A DNA stretch of 64,000 nt from Bacteroidia bacterium (GCA_025054525.1 JANWZJ010000002.1:393-64392); one strand, 5' to 3'; numbered from the stretch's first letter, positions 9,543 through 19,921 are shown. Made by a program: numbers and translations. The notes: a model not told the origin generated them from the sequence alone.

Positions 9543-10931
9543 GTGGTGACTAAACTAAGCCGAGAAGCGAGCTTTACGCTGGCAGGCGTATTTATAGGGC
9601 TCTTCTTAGCGGCTTTAGACCAGACTATCATAGCGATGGTGCTACCCAGCATGTTGGAAGAACTCCAAGGTGAAGCGTGGTATGGGTGGGTAGGAGTGGC
9701 TTATCTACTGGGTAGCACACTCACAGCCCCTATCATAGGTAGGCTGGTAGAAATAAGAGAACGAAAAAGCGTACTTATTGCAGCGTTAGGCATTTTCTGG
9801 ATAGGTTCAGCGCTATGTGGGTTATCCAATAGTATAGCCGCTCTCATGGCTTTCCGCCTGCTTCAAGGTGCAGGGGCTGGGGCACTGATTGCGCTGGCCT
9901 TTACGACGCTGGCATGGTTTTTTCCGCCTCGGGAACGCAGCCGATGGGCAGGAGTCGTCGGGGCTCTCTTTGGGGTGGCTTCCGCTATCGGTCCTATCGT
10001 AGGCGGCTATATCGCTGAACATATCTCTTGGCGCTGGGCCTTCTGGCTCAATCTCCCAGTGCTCCTCGTAGCTATGGGTTTCGTTGTGCGTTTTCTGCCA
10101 CCTTATGCCCCGCCTGATAAAGGCAAGTTAGACCTCCCTGGCGCCTTTCTGCTTGCAGGGTGGACGAGCTTACTGCTGTTGGGCTTCTCCTACTGGAACC
10201 TTACGGGAACGCTCGGCGCGCCCACCTTCGCCATGAGTGCAGGGGCCATGCTGCTCCTTCTCCTGTGGATAAGAACCGAACGCAAACAAGAAAGCCCCCT
10301 CTTCCAACTCCACCTACTCCAAACCCCCACCTTCCGCTATGCAGCCCTAACCGCTTTCTTCTTCGGTGGCATATTTTTAGGAGGAGTAGTCTTCTTTCCG
10401 CTATATTTAGAGAAAGTTTTAGGCTTTTCCCCCGTACAAGGAGGCCTTCTACTTCTCAGCTTCACGATAGGAGCGGTTTTGAGTACGGGGGCTGCAGGCG
10501 CATGGGTAAGCCGACATGGCCGATATAAACCTCTCCTGCTAATAGCAGGGACTCTATTAGCGGTGGCTTTCGGTGTAGCTGCTCTCTATTTACCCGCTGA
10601 GATTACAGCCAAGCGGCTAATCCCTCTAATGATAGCAGCAGGAATGCTACTAGGTCCTTTCCAGGCACTGCTTAGTGTAATCGCTCAAAATGATATACCC
10701 TTAGAGCGAGTAGGCTCAGCGACCAGCGCCTTACAATTCATGCGACAAGTAGGCGCTACGATACTCTTAGCCCTGCTCAATCACCTATATCTAATAGGGG
10801 CGCACCAAACCTCCCTGCTTATGGGGATTCGGTGGGTTTTTGGCGGAGCAGCGATACTCTCGCTACTCATGCTGGGAGTATTGGCCCTTCTACCAGATAA
10901 GCGTCTGCGTGCCCAACGAGAAGCAGGCTAA
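9543..10931 (+). CDS. MFS transporter with about 14 TM helices (DHA2-like).
   Basis: Twelve or more hydrophobic helices, plus MFS motifs (G-x-L-x-D-R-like GRLVEIRERK loop and GAGAGALIALA-type helices). Confidence 0.7.
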   Translation: MVTKLSREASFTLAGVFIGLFLAALDQTIIAMVLPSMLEELQGEAWYGWVGVAYLLGSTLTAPIIGRLVEIRERKSVLIAALGIFWIGSALCGLSNSIAALMAFRLLQGAGAGALIALAFTTLAWFFPPRERSRWAGVVGALFGVASAIGPIVGGYIAEHISWRWAFWLNLPVLLVAMGFVVRFLPPYAPPDKGKLDLPGAFLLAGWTSLLLLGFSYWNLTGTLGAPTFAMSAGAMLLLLLWIRTERKQESPLFQLHLLQTPTFRYAALTAFFFGGIFLGGVVFFPLYLEKVLGFSPVQGGLLLLSFTIGAVLSTGAAGAWVSRHGRYKPLLLIAGTLLAVAFGVAALYLPAEITAKRLIPLMIAAGMLLGPFQALLSVIAQNDIPLERVGSATSALQFMRQVGATILLALLNHLYLIGAHQTSLLMGIRWVFGGAAILSLLMLGVLALLPDKRLRAQREAG

Positions 10932-10933
10932 TT

Positions 10934-11668
10934 TTGCCCCTCGTGCTTGCCCTCTGGCGAAAAGAAGTCTTCGCCCTGCTATATTCACTAATTGCCTATA
11001 TCACTTGGGCTATTTTCCTCGTAGGGACTGGGCTTTTTCTGTGGGTATTCTCAGGTAGCGTAGTGCAGACCGGCATGGCCGAGATGGATAGCTTTTTCAG
11101 TATAGCGCCCTGGTTTTTGCTTTTTCTGGCGCCGGCACTGACTATGCGCAGCTTCTCAGAGGAATTCCGCACGGGTACCTATGAGCTTCTCGCCACCGCC
11201 CCCATACCCCGCGCAGGTATCGTACTGGCAAAATTCTTAGCCGTAACTACCGTGCTCTTTTTTGCCTTAGTGCCAACCTTTATCTTCTATGCCTCCCTTT
11301 CGTGGCTGGCTCAGCCTCGTGGCGCCTTAGACCACGGTGCTATCCAAGGCGCTTATGTGGGACTTTTCTCAGTAGGATTAGCGCTGAGTGCCTTGGGTAT
11401 ATGGGCTTCAACCCTCACCCCGCACACGATTATCGCTTTTCTAATAGGGCTATTCTTGGGCTTTCTATGGCTCATGGGATGGGAGTTCGCCTCAGAACTG
11501 CCAATAGGGCGCTTCTGGCAGACCTTCCTCGCCCAAATGAGCCTCATGGAACATTACCGCAGCCTAAGCCGAGGCGTTTTAGATAGCCGAGACATCCTTT
11601 ACTTCCTCACCCTTATCGGAATCGCTTTGGCCCTGGCCCACCTCCAACTCTCCCGCAGACATCTATGA
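10934..11668 (+). CDS. gldF: Gliding-motility-associated ABC transporter permease GldF (ABC-2 family).
   Basis: At about 244 aa it is a six-TM ABC-2 permease. Conserved blocks SFFSIAPWFLLFLAPALTMRSFSEEF and HYRSLSRGVLDSRDILYF are typical of GldF. It has a TTG start and an ATGA overlap with the next gene. Confidence 0.7.
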   Translation: MPLVLALWRKEVFALLYSLIAYITWAIFLVGTGLFLWVFSGSVVQTGMAEMDSFFSIAPWFLLFLAPALTMRSFSEEFRTGTYELLATAPIPRAGIVLAKFLAVTTVLFFALVPTFIFYASLSWLAQPRGALDHGAIQGAYVGLFSVGLALSALGIWASTLTPHTIIAFLIGLFLGFLWLMGWEFASELPIGRFWQTFLAQMSLMEHYRSLSRGVLDSRDILYFLTLIGIALALAHLQLSRRHL

Positions 11669-13356
11669 GGAGAACTCTGCGATTTCTCGTCGTGGCTTTG
11701 ACGCTTATCCTACTTTACCTTGTAGGACAGCGGTATTTCATTCGCATAGACCTAACCTCCGATAAAAAATATACCCTTTCTACTGGTACCAAAGACCTCC
11801 TGTATCGCTTGCCACAAGCAGTGTATATCACAGTTTATTTGGAGGGGGACTTCCCTTACCCAATCCAGCGTTTCAAGCGAGCCATAGAAACTACTTTGGC
11901 TGAGCTACGAGCCTTAGCTCCCAAGCCCTTTCACTATGAGTTCGTCAATCCCTCCCAATACCCCGAGCTGCTCAAAAAATTCAAACAGATGGGGGTCCAA
12001 CCCGTGCCTATCAACGTGCGCATCTCCCAAACGGAAACCCGTAAGCAGTATATGTATCCCCTTCTTTTGGCTCGCTGTGGAGGGGATGACATCTGGATAG
12101 ACCTGATTAAGGGACACATGCGCCCTTCTGGAGAAGTGGACCTTCTGGAAGCAGAACAGGAAGTAGAGTACAAAATCGCTTCGGCCCTGAGGCAGATTGC
12201 GGTTTTTGATGAGAAACCCTTGCTGGGCATCTTAGAAGGGCATGGCGAGTATTCGCTGAAGGAAATGCCCCAACTGGTCGCAGAGCTGAGCCGATTTTAC
12301 CGGCTATTGCCTGTGCGCGTGCGAGAAGGACAAGCGCTCGTTCCGGCCAAGGCTTACCTTCCTGACTCCCTGCGGAAAAAACTCAAAGGCGAGGGTTATG
12401 CTGCTATCTTGGTCATAGGTCCCGATAGTGCTTTCACCGAGAGAGAAAAATATGAGCTGGAGCAATATCTCTTCCGAGGAGGGCGAATACTATGGCTCGT
12501 GGACCAGCACCGCATCAATCTCAGCGAAGGCAGCGCCCTGACCCAACTGCGGGAGTTAGGTTTGGATGATCTCTTTTTCCGATGGGGATGGCGTCCTGGC
12601 TATGACCTCGTACAAGACCTTTCTTGCGGCTTCATTGAGGTGATTCAAAGCTACTATAACGGGCCCGTCTGGCAAGCTGAAAAATGGATATACTACCCCT
12701 TAGTTTATCTTTTCCCCTCTCACCCTGTCACGCGTACGATAGATGCGGTTTTGTACCGATACGCCGGAAGCGTGGATACTCTCCCCCGCAGTGGGGTAAA
12801 GCATACGATTTTGGCGGTGAGTTCGCCGCTCAGCCGATCCGTCAAAGGCACTCAAATTATAGATGTAAATCTGACTATACGCACTCCCCCTTCAGTTGAA
12901 AGCTTTCGGGGTAAGGGATTCCGTCCGATGGCGGTATTATCAGAAGGACGCTTTGAGTCGGTGTTTCAGGAACGGGAAGCTCCCACGGATAAATACGCTC
13001 CTACCCCCCCTACAGCCCGCTACCTTCCCGCCTCTGCTCTTCCTGGGAAGGTACTTTGGATAACGGATGGGGAGTTTGCCTTACCAGCCGAAGTGCGTGG
13101 CAGGGCAGCAGATTACGTCCCTCTGGATAACTTGACCTTCCTCCTCAACTGCATAGACTACCTGACAGGCGAAATCTCTCTAACCCAAGTACGCAGCCGC
13201 CGAGTACAACTGCGCAAACTTCGTCCGGACCTTCTGCGGAGCCATACCTTGGCTATTCAAGCCTTCAACTTAGGACTGCCGCTGGTAGTGATGATAGGAA
13301 CGGGAGTAGGTCTCTATCTTTGGCGCAGGAGAACCTATCGCCGTAAGCTATTATGA
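11665..13356 (+). CDS. gldG: Gliding-motility-associated ABC transporter substrate-binding/auxiliary protein GldG.
   Basis: 563 aa with N- and C-terminal TM anchors flanking a large periplasmic domain. It sits immediately after gldF with an ATGA overlap, which is the canonical gldF-gldG arrangement and size. Confidence 0.65.
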   Translation: MRRTLRFLVVALTLILLYLVGQRYFIRIDLTSDKKYTLSTGTKDLLYRLPQAVYITVYLEGDFPYPIQRFKRAIETTLAELRALAPKPFHYEFVNPSQYPELLKKFKQMGVQPVPINVRISQTETRKQYMYPLLLARCGGDDIWIDLIKGHMRPSGEVDLLEAEQEVEYKIASALRQIAVFDEKPLLGILEGHGEYSLKEMPQLVAELSRFYRLLPVRVREGQALVPAKAYLPDSLRKKLKGEGYAAILVIGPDSAFTEREKYELEQYLFRGGRILWLVDQHRINLSEGSALTQLRELGLDDLFFRWGWRPGYDLVQDLSCGFIEVIQSYYNGPVWQAEKWIYYPLVYLFPSHPVTRTIDAVLYRYAGSVDTLPRSGVKHTILAVSSPLSRSVKGTQIIDVNLTIRTPPSVESFRGKGFRPMAVLSEGRFESVFQEREAPTDKYAPTPPTARYLPASALPGKVLWITDGEFALPAEVRGRAADYVPLDNLTFLLNCIDYLTGEISLTQVRSRRVQLRKLRPDLLRSHTLAIQAFNLGLPLVVMIGTGVGLYLWRRRTYRRKLL

Positions 13357-14315
13357 CTAAGGGTACCCCTTGGGCTACGATAGGATTAGTGGTGGTGCTG
13401 CTTGCCGCCATAACGGCTGTGATATGGGGTAGCCGGATTGCCAATCAGCGAGCCGAAGCCGAAAGAAACTTTGCCTTCCCCGATACAGCCAATATCGTGG
13501 AGATACACTTAGTAGAGAAACATGCAGACACGATTCTGCGTCGCATAGATTTATATCGTCGCCCCAAGGGTTGGATTATTGCGGATACTTTGGAGGTTTT
13601 TGACCAGCCTCTGCAGACGCTTCTCTATACGCTGGCGAAACAAAAAGCCCGAGCTGCCGTTCCCAGCACTGCCCTCCGAAATGTGCTCAAGTTCCTCCAA
13701 GAACATCGGATAGAGGTAACTTTGGTCTTTCGGGATGGGCGTCACGAGGTTTTCTTTGTAGGCGGACCTACCCCTGACGAAAAAGCCTCCTATATGATAA
13801 AGCCTGGGCAGACCCAGCCTTATGAGGTTTATCTTCCTGGGCTGGAGGGTTATATCACCACGCGGTACTACGCGGATATAGGCGTATGGCAGCCTAATAA
13901 GATTTTTGAGGCTCGTATGGCGGACATCCGCTCCATCCAGATAGACTATGCCGGAGAGCCTGGAGAAAGTTGGCATTTAGAGCGTCCGCAGCCCGAGAGT
14001 GCATGGCAGCTCTCCTCAGGAGAACCGCTAGATTCCTTACGCGTCGCTGAATATCTCTCTGGGTTTACTGGCCCCTTCTACGCAGATGACTGGGTGCATC
14101 CTGACTCACTCATAGGCGCTGCCCCCTTGGCAGAAGTTGCATTAAAGCTATATTCGGGCAAAAACTATCGCTGGACAGTCTATAAGCACACTACGAGTCC
14201 TATCCATTACTACATTCGGTTATGGCACTCGCCCTACTTTACGTATACGATTAGCAGCTATCGTTTAGATGGCTTTCTGTATCGGCGCAGGCAGTTTATA
14301 AGGCAGCGGGCTTAG
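13353..14315 (+). CDS. DUF4340-like protein that commonly follows gldG. It has an N-terminal TM anchor.
   Basis: ATGA-coupled to gldG. The N-terminal membrane anchor and size fit the DUF4340 family usually encoded after gldG in Bacteroidetes. Confidence 0.45.
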   Translation: MTKGTPWATIGLVVVLLAAITAVIWGSRIANQRAEAERNFAFPDTANIVEIHLVEKHADTILRRIDLYRRPKGWIIADTLEVFDQPLQTLLYTLAKQKARAAVPSTALRNVLKFLQEHRIEVTLVFRDGRHEVFFVGGPTPDEKASYMIKPGQTQPYEVYLPGLEGYITTRYYADIGVWQPNKIFEARMADIRSIQIDYAGEPGESWHLERPQPESAWQLSSGEPLDSLRVAEYLSGFTGPFYADDWVHPDSLIGAAPLAEVALKLYSGKNYRWTVYKHTTSPIHYYIRLWHSPYFTYTISSYRLDGFLYRRRQFIRQRA

Positions 14316-15157
14316 AAGAACGCATATCCCAGCGCTAAGCCTATCCCCAAACCAGTAGCTCCTGCGATGGCAATCCACTTCCACGAGGAGACAGAGAGCG
14401 ACCCAGTGGGTATCCCTTCCACTTGAATAAGGATAAGTGTAGCATTATCATAGCCGCCCGCTTGTAGAGCAGCCTCTACGAGAGAACGGACTTTCTCTGA
14501 AGGAGTATTCTCTTTCTTTAGAAGATTTGCCAAATCTTCAAGGGAAAGCATATCCGAAATACCATCACTACACAGCAGAAGTATGTCTCCCCTTTGAAGG
14601 GGGAGGGGAAATGTAGGAGCTTCCACCATGAGAAACTCATCTCCTATGCCCAAGGCGAAAAGAATCTGATTACGGGCGGGGTGTGTCTCTGCCAGCTCGG
14701 GACGAAGAGCCCCCGATTCCACTAGCCAGGTAGTGAAGCGATGCCCCTGAGTCAGAGGATAGAGCGTATTTCCCCGTAGAAGATAAAGGGGCGAATCCCC
14801 CACACAAGCCCACCAAGCCTGTCCCGAAGGAGTAATCAGGAGAAGCGTAACGGTGGTACCAGAGACCGATTCGCCGTATTTTTTCTGAGAATAATCCTGT
14901 ATCTCCCTGTGGGCATAATGCAAAGCTCGGCGCAACCAGTAGCTAACTGGCTGAGAGGGATGACTCCGCTGCAGAAGGGCTTGAATCTTCTCGGTAGCCA
15001 ACGAAGCTGCGATTTCTCCGGCGGTACCTCCCCCCATTCCATCACATACGAGGAAGGCTTCTCCCAAGGGCGTGGTAAAAATGGCATATCGGTCCTCATT
15101 CTGAGGACGATGTAGTCCAATATGTGTCTCTGCAGCCCATGTATAAGGCTTCCTCAT
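14312..15157 (-). CDS. PP2C-family Ser/Thr protein phosphatase with a C-terminal membrane anchor.
   Basis: PP2C motifs DGMGGGTAGEIAS and LLCSDGISD, plus a terminal hydrophobic helix WKWIAIAGATGLGIGLALGYAFF. Confidence 0.7.
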   Translation of the reverse strand: MRKPYTWAAETHIGLHRPQNEDRYAIFTTPLGEAFLVCDGMGGGTAGEIAASLATEKIQALLQRSHPSQPVSYWLRRALHYAHREIQDYSQKKYGESVSGTTVTLLLITPSGQAWWACVGDSPLYLLRGNTLYPLTQGHRFTTWLVESGALRPELAETHPARNQILFALGIGDEFLMVEAPTFPLPLQRGDILLLCSDGISDMLSLEDLANLLKKENTPSEKVRSLVEAALQAGGYDNATLILIQVEGIPTGSLSVSSWKWIAIAGATGLGIGLALGYAFF

Positions 15158-15169
15158 AGTACGAAGTAA

Positions 15170-18100
15170 GTGAAGGACTACTTTTGCAGGGTGTGGGCTG
15201 ACCTCCTGCGTCTCAGCGTGCGTTCCACCCCTTTCGCTCTGACAGTGCTGGGAATAGTGGGAGGGATAGGGATTTACGGACTACTCCATCTCCAAGTAGA
15301 CGCTGTACCTGATATTACTAACAATCAAGTCCAAGTTTATGCGTATGCCCCAGGCTATTCTGCAGCAGAAGTAGAACTGCTTGTGACTCGTCCGTTGGAG
15401 GCGGCTTTGGCTACTTTGCCGGGACGCATAGAGTGGCGATCTATATCTCGCACGGGCCTTTCGCTGATTACGATAGTATTTCCCGACCAGACCAATATCC
15501 ATGAGGTTCGCGCCCAAATCGTTGAACGCTTACTTAGCGCATCTGACAAACTACCTCCTGGTATTCAGCCAGAATTGGGGCCTTTAGCTACGGGACTTAG
15601 TGAAGCATACCAATATGTACTGCGCCCTAGAGTACCCGTATCCTTGACGGAGCTGCGCGCTATTCAGGACTGGATAGTGCGCCGAGCTTTATTAGAGACT
15701 CCTGGGGTAGCCGATATTAGCAGCTTCGGCGGCTATGTGAGAAGGTGGGAAATTTTCATTCAGCCCGAGGCTTTACAGCGATACCACCTGACGCTCTCCG
15801 AAGTAGAGAATGCCCTTCAGACGCAGCACCAGCTCCAGGGAGCTGGGTACATAGAGCGCTCATCTCAGGTTTTACCCTTGCGAACCGAAGGGATTTGGCG
15901 CACCCCCCAAGAACTCCTCCAAAGTACGGTAGCCCAAAGGCATGGCTACCCCGTACGACTGGGCGATATTGGGCATGTAGCAGAAGGACACCTTCCCCGT
16001 TATGGCGCACTGATTCAAGACACCTTGGGTGAAGTCGTAGGGGGTATCGTGCTCGTGCGCCGCGGCGAAAATACCGCTCAGGTCATCGCCCGCCTCAAAG
16101 AACGCATTCAAACATTAGAACCGAGACTGCCCTACGGCATTCGGATAGAACCCTTCTTAGACAGAGAGGCTCTCATTCACAGGGTCATCCACACCGTGCG
16201 AGATAACCTCCTCAAAGCCGCCTTGATTGTAATCGGAGTACTTACGATTCTGCTGGGAAGCTGGCGAGCTGGGCTTGTTGTGAGTGCGGTGATTCCCCTT
16301 TCTATGCTCTTTGCTTTGGGACTCATGAGCCTAACCGGTATCTCGGCGAACCTCATGAGCTTAGGGGCAATTGACTTCGGGCTGCTGGTGGATGGGACTG
16401 TGATTTTAGTAGAGGCGGTATTAGTGCGCTTGCCCCACATGCCCAATCGGATACAGGCCACCGAAGAAGCAGCGATTACTATTCGGCAGGCGGCGCTCTT
16501 CGGCGAAATGGTAGTGATAGCGGTGTATGTACCTTTTCTGCTGCTGGCAGGGGTAGAAGGGCGAATGTTTCGTCCCATGGTGCTTACGATGGTCTTCGCG
16601 CTGATAGGCGCGCTTATTCTTTCCGTTACTTTCGTGCCGTGGGTAAGTGCTCGCTTCTTAGATACGGGAGAAAGTTCTTTTGCCTCTACGCTGCAGCGAG
16701 GAATGGGCAAGCTCGCTACTTGGCTCTTCCAAGGAGGAATAGTTCGTCCGTGGCTGCCCCTCTTTCTATGGCTGACGGTGCTGACAGGGGGATTAGCTTT
16801 GTTTCTCACGATGGACTCAGTTTTCCTCCCTGAACTGGATGAAGGCGCCTTCGCAGTAGAAACCCGCCTACCTGCCGGAACTCCCCTCTCCCGCACAATA
16901 GAATACTGCCACAAAATCCATCAGCTTCTGCTGCGAGAAATGAAAGAAGCCTTCTCCGGCGCCGTGGCAAAAATCGGTACTTCAGAGATACCGATGGACC
17001 CGATGTTTGTAGAGAGTGCAGACCTTATTCTCAATCGGCACAGTGGGTCGTCTTACAGCCGGGCAGCAGCGGCAGAAAGCCTCAAAGCCCTGGTGGAGCG
17101 GCATTACCCAGGTATCTTTATCGGGGTGCAGCAGCCTATTCAGATGCGCTTTAATGAACTCATGGCAGGCTCCAGAACGGATATCGTCGTGCGGCTCTTA
17201 GGACCCGACTTAGATAGTCTATATGGATGGGGCGAACGCATAGCCTCCTTTATAGAAGGCATAGACGGAGTAGATGATTTGGCGCGCCCGCTCTTCTTGG
17301 GTACATCCCAGATGGTGATTCGGTGGAAGCCCGAAGCCCTTCGCTTCTACGGGGTAGACCTGAGTGAAGCACAGCGATGGATTTTAGCCTATCGGGCGGG
17401 ATTGCCCTTGCGCCCCTTTTACTCTGGGGAGGGATGGCGCTTTGCGGTGGCGTTGCGGCTGGCTAGTCCGCCCGCCCTCCCATCCCAACTCCTCCTTCCT
17501 ACCCAGAGTGGTCAGTGGGTACGCTTAGAACAGATAGCTGATGTGGTATATGTGCCCTCTTACAACGAGATACCTCATGCAGAAGGCGAACGAGCTTATG
17601 CCATAGGTATCAATGTGCGCAGAAAAGGGGTTCTCTCGGTCGTAGAAGCCATTCAACGTAAGATAGCCGAACTGCCCCTTCCCCCTGGCTACCGCGTGAG
17701 CTTAGGGGGCCAGTGGGAAAACTACCGTGCCGCCCGAGAACGCCTCCTCTGGGTCATCCCTCTAATGGTTCTACTGATTGGAGGGCTCATGTATGCGACC
17801 CTGCACCGATTTTCGGCTATTTTTAGCATCATGTTAGTGTCGCTGAGTGCGCCAGCCGGCGGTGTGATCTTGCTGTGGATGCGGGATATGCCCTTCAGCA
17901 TATCAGCAGCGGTCGGGCTGATTAGTGTATTTGGATTAGCCACACTCAATGGCACTGTACTGCTCAATCGCTATTATGCGCTATCCACTCTCTCTGAAGC
18001 AAGTATGCGACACGCTCTGCAAGAACGAGCTCGTCCTATTCTGGCGACGATGCTGGTCGCAGTAGCAGGACTGCTTCCGATGGCATTTTCTACCCAAGCT

Positions 18101-18265
18101 GGCGCAGAAGTCCAACAGCCCCTCGCGACCACCGTCATCGGAGGGCTTATTACGGGTGCTCTATTCAACTTGTGGTTGCTGCCCCTACTCTATGCTGTAC
18201 CTGTACGGCGCTTTGTATCTTTGCGCTATGGCGGGACACAGCAAATGGGCGCAAATCAAGCGTAA
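15170..18265 (+). CDS. RND efflux permease of the CzcA/CusA heavy-metal-efflux family.
   Basis: 1031 aa with twelve TM helices and two large periplasmic loops. The N-terminal helix and conserved HME-RND blocks (…GAIDFGLLVDGTVILVEAV…) are present. GTG start. Confidence 0.8.
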   Translation: MKDYFCRVWADLLRLSVRSTPFALTVLGIVGGIGIYGLLHLQVDAVPDITNNQVQVYAYAPGYSAAEVELLVTRPLEAALATLPGRIEWRSISRTGLSLITIVFPDQTNIHEVRAQIVERLLSASDKLPPGIQPELGPLATGLSEAYQYVLRPRVPVSLTELRAIQDWIVRRALLETPGVADISSFGGYVRRWEIFIQPEALQRYHLTLSEVENALQTQHQLQGAGYIERSSQVLPLRTEGIWRTPQELLQSTVAQRHGYPVRLGDIGHVAEGHLPRYGALIQDTLGEVVGGIVLVRRGENTAQVIARLKERIQTLEPRLPYGIRIEPFLDREALIHRVIHTVRDNLLKAALIVIGVLTILLGSWRAGLVVSAVIPLSMLFALGLMSLTGISANLMSLGAIDFGLLVDGTVILVEAVLVRLPHMPNRIQATEEAAITIRQAALFGEMVVIAVYVPFLLLAGVEGRMFRPMVLTMVFALIGALILSVTFVPWVSARFLDTGESSFASTLQRGMGKLATWLFQGGIVRPWLPLFLWLTVLTGGLALFLTMDSVFLPELDEGAFAVETRLPAGTPLSRTIEYCHKIHQLLLREMKEAFSGAVAKIGTSEIPMDPMFVESADLILNRHSGSSYSRAAAAESLKALVERHYPGIFIGVQQPIQMRFNELMAGSRTDIVVRLLGPDLDSLYGWGERIASFIEGIDGVDDLARPLFLGTSQMVIRWKPEALRFYGVDLSEAQRWILAYRAGLPLRPFYSGEGWRFAVALRLASPPALPSQLLLPTQSGQWVRLEQIADVVYVPSYNEIPHAEGERAYAIGINVRRKGVLSVVEAIQRKIAELPLPPGYRVSLGGQWENYRAARERLLWVIPLMVLLIGGLMYATLHRFSAIFSIMLVSLSAPAGGVILLWMRDMPFSISAAVGLISVFGLATLNGTVLLNRYYALSTLSEASMRHALQERARPILATMLVAVAGLLPMAFSTQAGAEVQQPLATTVIGGLITGALFNLWLLPLLYAVPVRRFVSLRYGGTQQMGANQA

Positions 18266-18980
18266 AAAAGCCGTAGTAGATGCCAAACGCGGCGCTCTTT
18301 TTACAAAGCTGGTACGAGAAATCACCGTAGCTGCCCGCGCTGGCGGACCTAACCCCGACTTCAACCCCCGTCTCCGTCTCGCCATCCAGAACGCTCGCCG
18401 CGCTAACATGCCCAAAGACGTCATCGAACGCGCCATCTCCAAAGGTGAAAATGCAAGCGAAAGCCTATATGAAGTCTTGTATGAAGGGTATGCTCCCGGC
18501 GGCGTAGCAGTGCTTGTTGAAACTGTTTCTGATAACACTAATCGCACCGTCTCTCAAATCCGCACTCTCTTCTCGCGGGCAGGAGGTAGCTTAGCTACCT
18601 CGGGAGCAGTGTCCTATCTCTTCACACGCAAGGGGGTTTTCACTATCGCTGCCGAGCATATCCCCAACGAAGAAGCCTTCTTGGAACAAATGATAGAAGC
18701 TGGCGCCGAAGATGTAGAAACTGGAGAAGGCTCTACTATTGTAACCTGTTCTTTTGAAGACTTTGGGCGCATGCAGGAAGTGTTAGAGCGGCTCAAGATA
18801 GAGCCCGAAGAAGCATCCATTCAGTGGGTGCCCACCTCCTTCGTCCAATTAGACTGGGAAGAAGCCCAAAAAGCCCTCAAACTCATAGACCAACTGGAAG
18901 AAAATGAAGATGTTCAGAAGGTCTATCATAATCTCGCCATGACCGAGGAAATCGCTTCTCGCTACGCCGCCGCTCTATGA
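18228..18980 (+). CDS. yebC: YebC/PmpR-family DNA-binding regulator.
   Basis: The canonical N-terminus MAGHSKWAQIKRKKAVVDAKRG begins at the internal Met. The ORF track's 18156 start is an upstream extension. The gene overlaps the RND 3' end in another frame. Confidence 0.85.
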   Translation: MAGHSKWAQIKRKKAVVDAKRGALFTKLVREITVAARAGGPNPDFNPRLRLAIQNARRANMPKDVIERAISKGENASESLYEVLYEGYAPGGVAVLVETVSDNTNRTVSQIRTLFSRAGGSLATSGAVSYLFTRKGVFTIAAEHIPNEEAFLEQMIEAGAEDVETGEGSTIVTCSFEDFGRMQEVLERLKIEPEEASIQWVPTSFVQLDWEEAQKALKLIDQLEENEDVQKVYHNLAMTEEIASRYAAAL

Positions 18981-19921
18981 AGAACCTTCACCAGACTCAC
19001 TATCAGTTTCCCAAACAAACCGACTTTCGTCGGGGCAAAGTTCGTGATGTATATGAGATTGCATATGATTATTTGCTCATCATAGCTACGGACAGGCTTT
19101 CTGCTTACGATGTCATTCTCCCTGAGACTATCCCTTACAAGGGGCAGATTCTCACGGGCATCACGGAATTCATGTATCAGCTCTTCAGAAATGAGATACC
19201 TTCGGCATGGATAAGTACCCCTGATCCGAATGTACTGCTTATGCGAAAAGCGCGGGTGTATCCTGTGGAAGTGATTGTACGGCGATGCTTGGTAGGGTAT
19301 GCGTGGCGACTATACCGGCGGGGAGGCAGGCTTATCAGCGGGGTACGCCTGCCCGAGGGCTTGATTGAAAATGATTTGCTTCCTGAACCCATCATCACCC
19401 CCACTACGAAGTCTGTTATTGGACACGATGTAGAAGTAAGCGAGAAAGAGATCGTGGAGTCGGGGCTGGTACCTGCCGCCCACTGGGAAAAAATCCGCTC
19501 TTATGCGATGCACCTCTTCCAAAAGGGCATAGAAATCGCAGAGCGCGGGGGTATGCTGCTTTGCGATGCTAAGTATGAGTTTGGGGAGGTGGAGGGGGAG
19601 GTCGTTCTCATAGATGAAGTGCATACGCCCGATAGCGCTCGCTATCTCAAGTTAGAGGGCTATTATGAGCGTCAGGCGCGGCAGGACCCGCAGATTCACC
19701 TCACGAAAGAATACGTTCGGGAGTGGCTCATGCGCCAAGGCTTCCAAGGTCAGCCCAACGCCAGTCCCCCTCCCTTAGCTGTAGAAGTTATCCGAGAAGC
19801 CCGAGACCGATATGTAGAAGTGTATCAGCGCCTTTTGGGCAAGCCTTTCGTTCCTCGCGACTACCGAGTAATAGAAGAAGAAATCTATGCCCGATGTGTG
19901 GCGGCTATTGAGGCTATGTAA
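18977..19921 (+). CDS. purC: Phosphoribosylaminoimidazole-succinocarboxamide synthase (SAICAR synthetase, long form).
   Basis: Conserved SAICAR synthetase blocks (…IATDRLSAYDVILPE…, …CDAKYEFG…) and an ATGA overlap with yebC. Confidence 0.85.
   Translation: MKNLHQTHYQFPKQTDFRRGKVRDVYEIAYDYLLIIATDRLSAYDVILPETIPYKGQILTGITEFMYQLFRNEIPSAWISTPDPNVLLMRKARVYPVEVIVRRCLVGYAWRLYRRGGRLISGVRLPEGLIENDLLPEPIITPTTKSVIGHDVEVSEKEIVESGLVPAAHWEKIRSYAMHLFQKGIEIAERGGMLLCDAKYEFGEVEGEVVLIDEVHTPDSARYLKLEGYYERQARQDPQIHLTKEYVREWLMRQGFQGQPNASPPPLAVEVIREARDRYVEVYQRLLGKPFVPRDYRVIEEEIYARCVAAIEAM

Noticed and set aside
16177-16914. A 245-aa ORF on the minus strand inside the RND permease gene.
   Set aside because: It is entirely antisense to a well-supported conserved CDS. 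Its composition (Ser/Pro/Ala/Arg-rich, low complexity) is typical of spurious antisense ORFs in GC-rich coding DNA.
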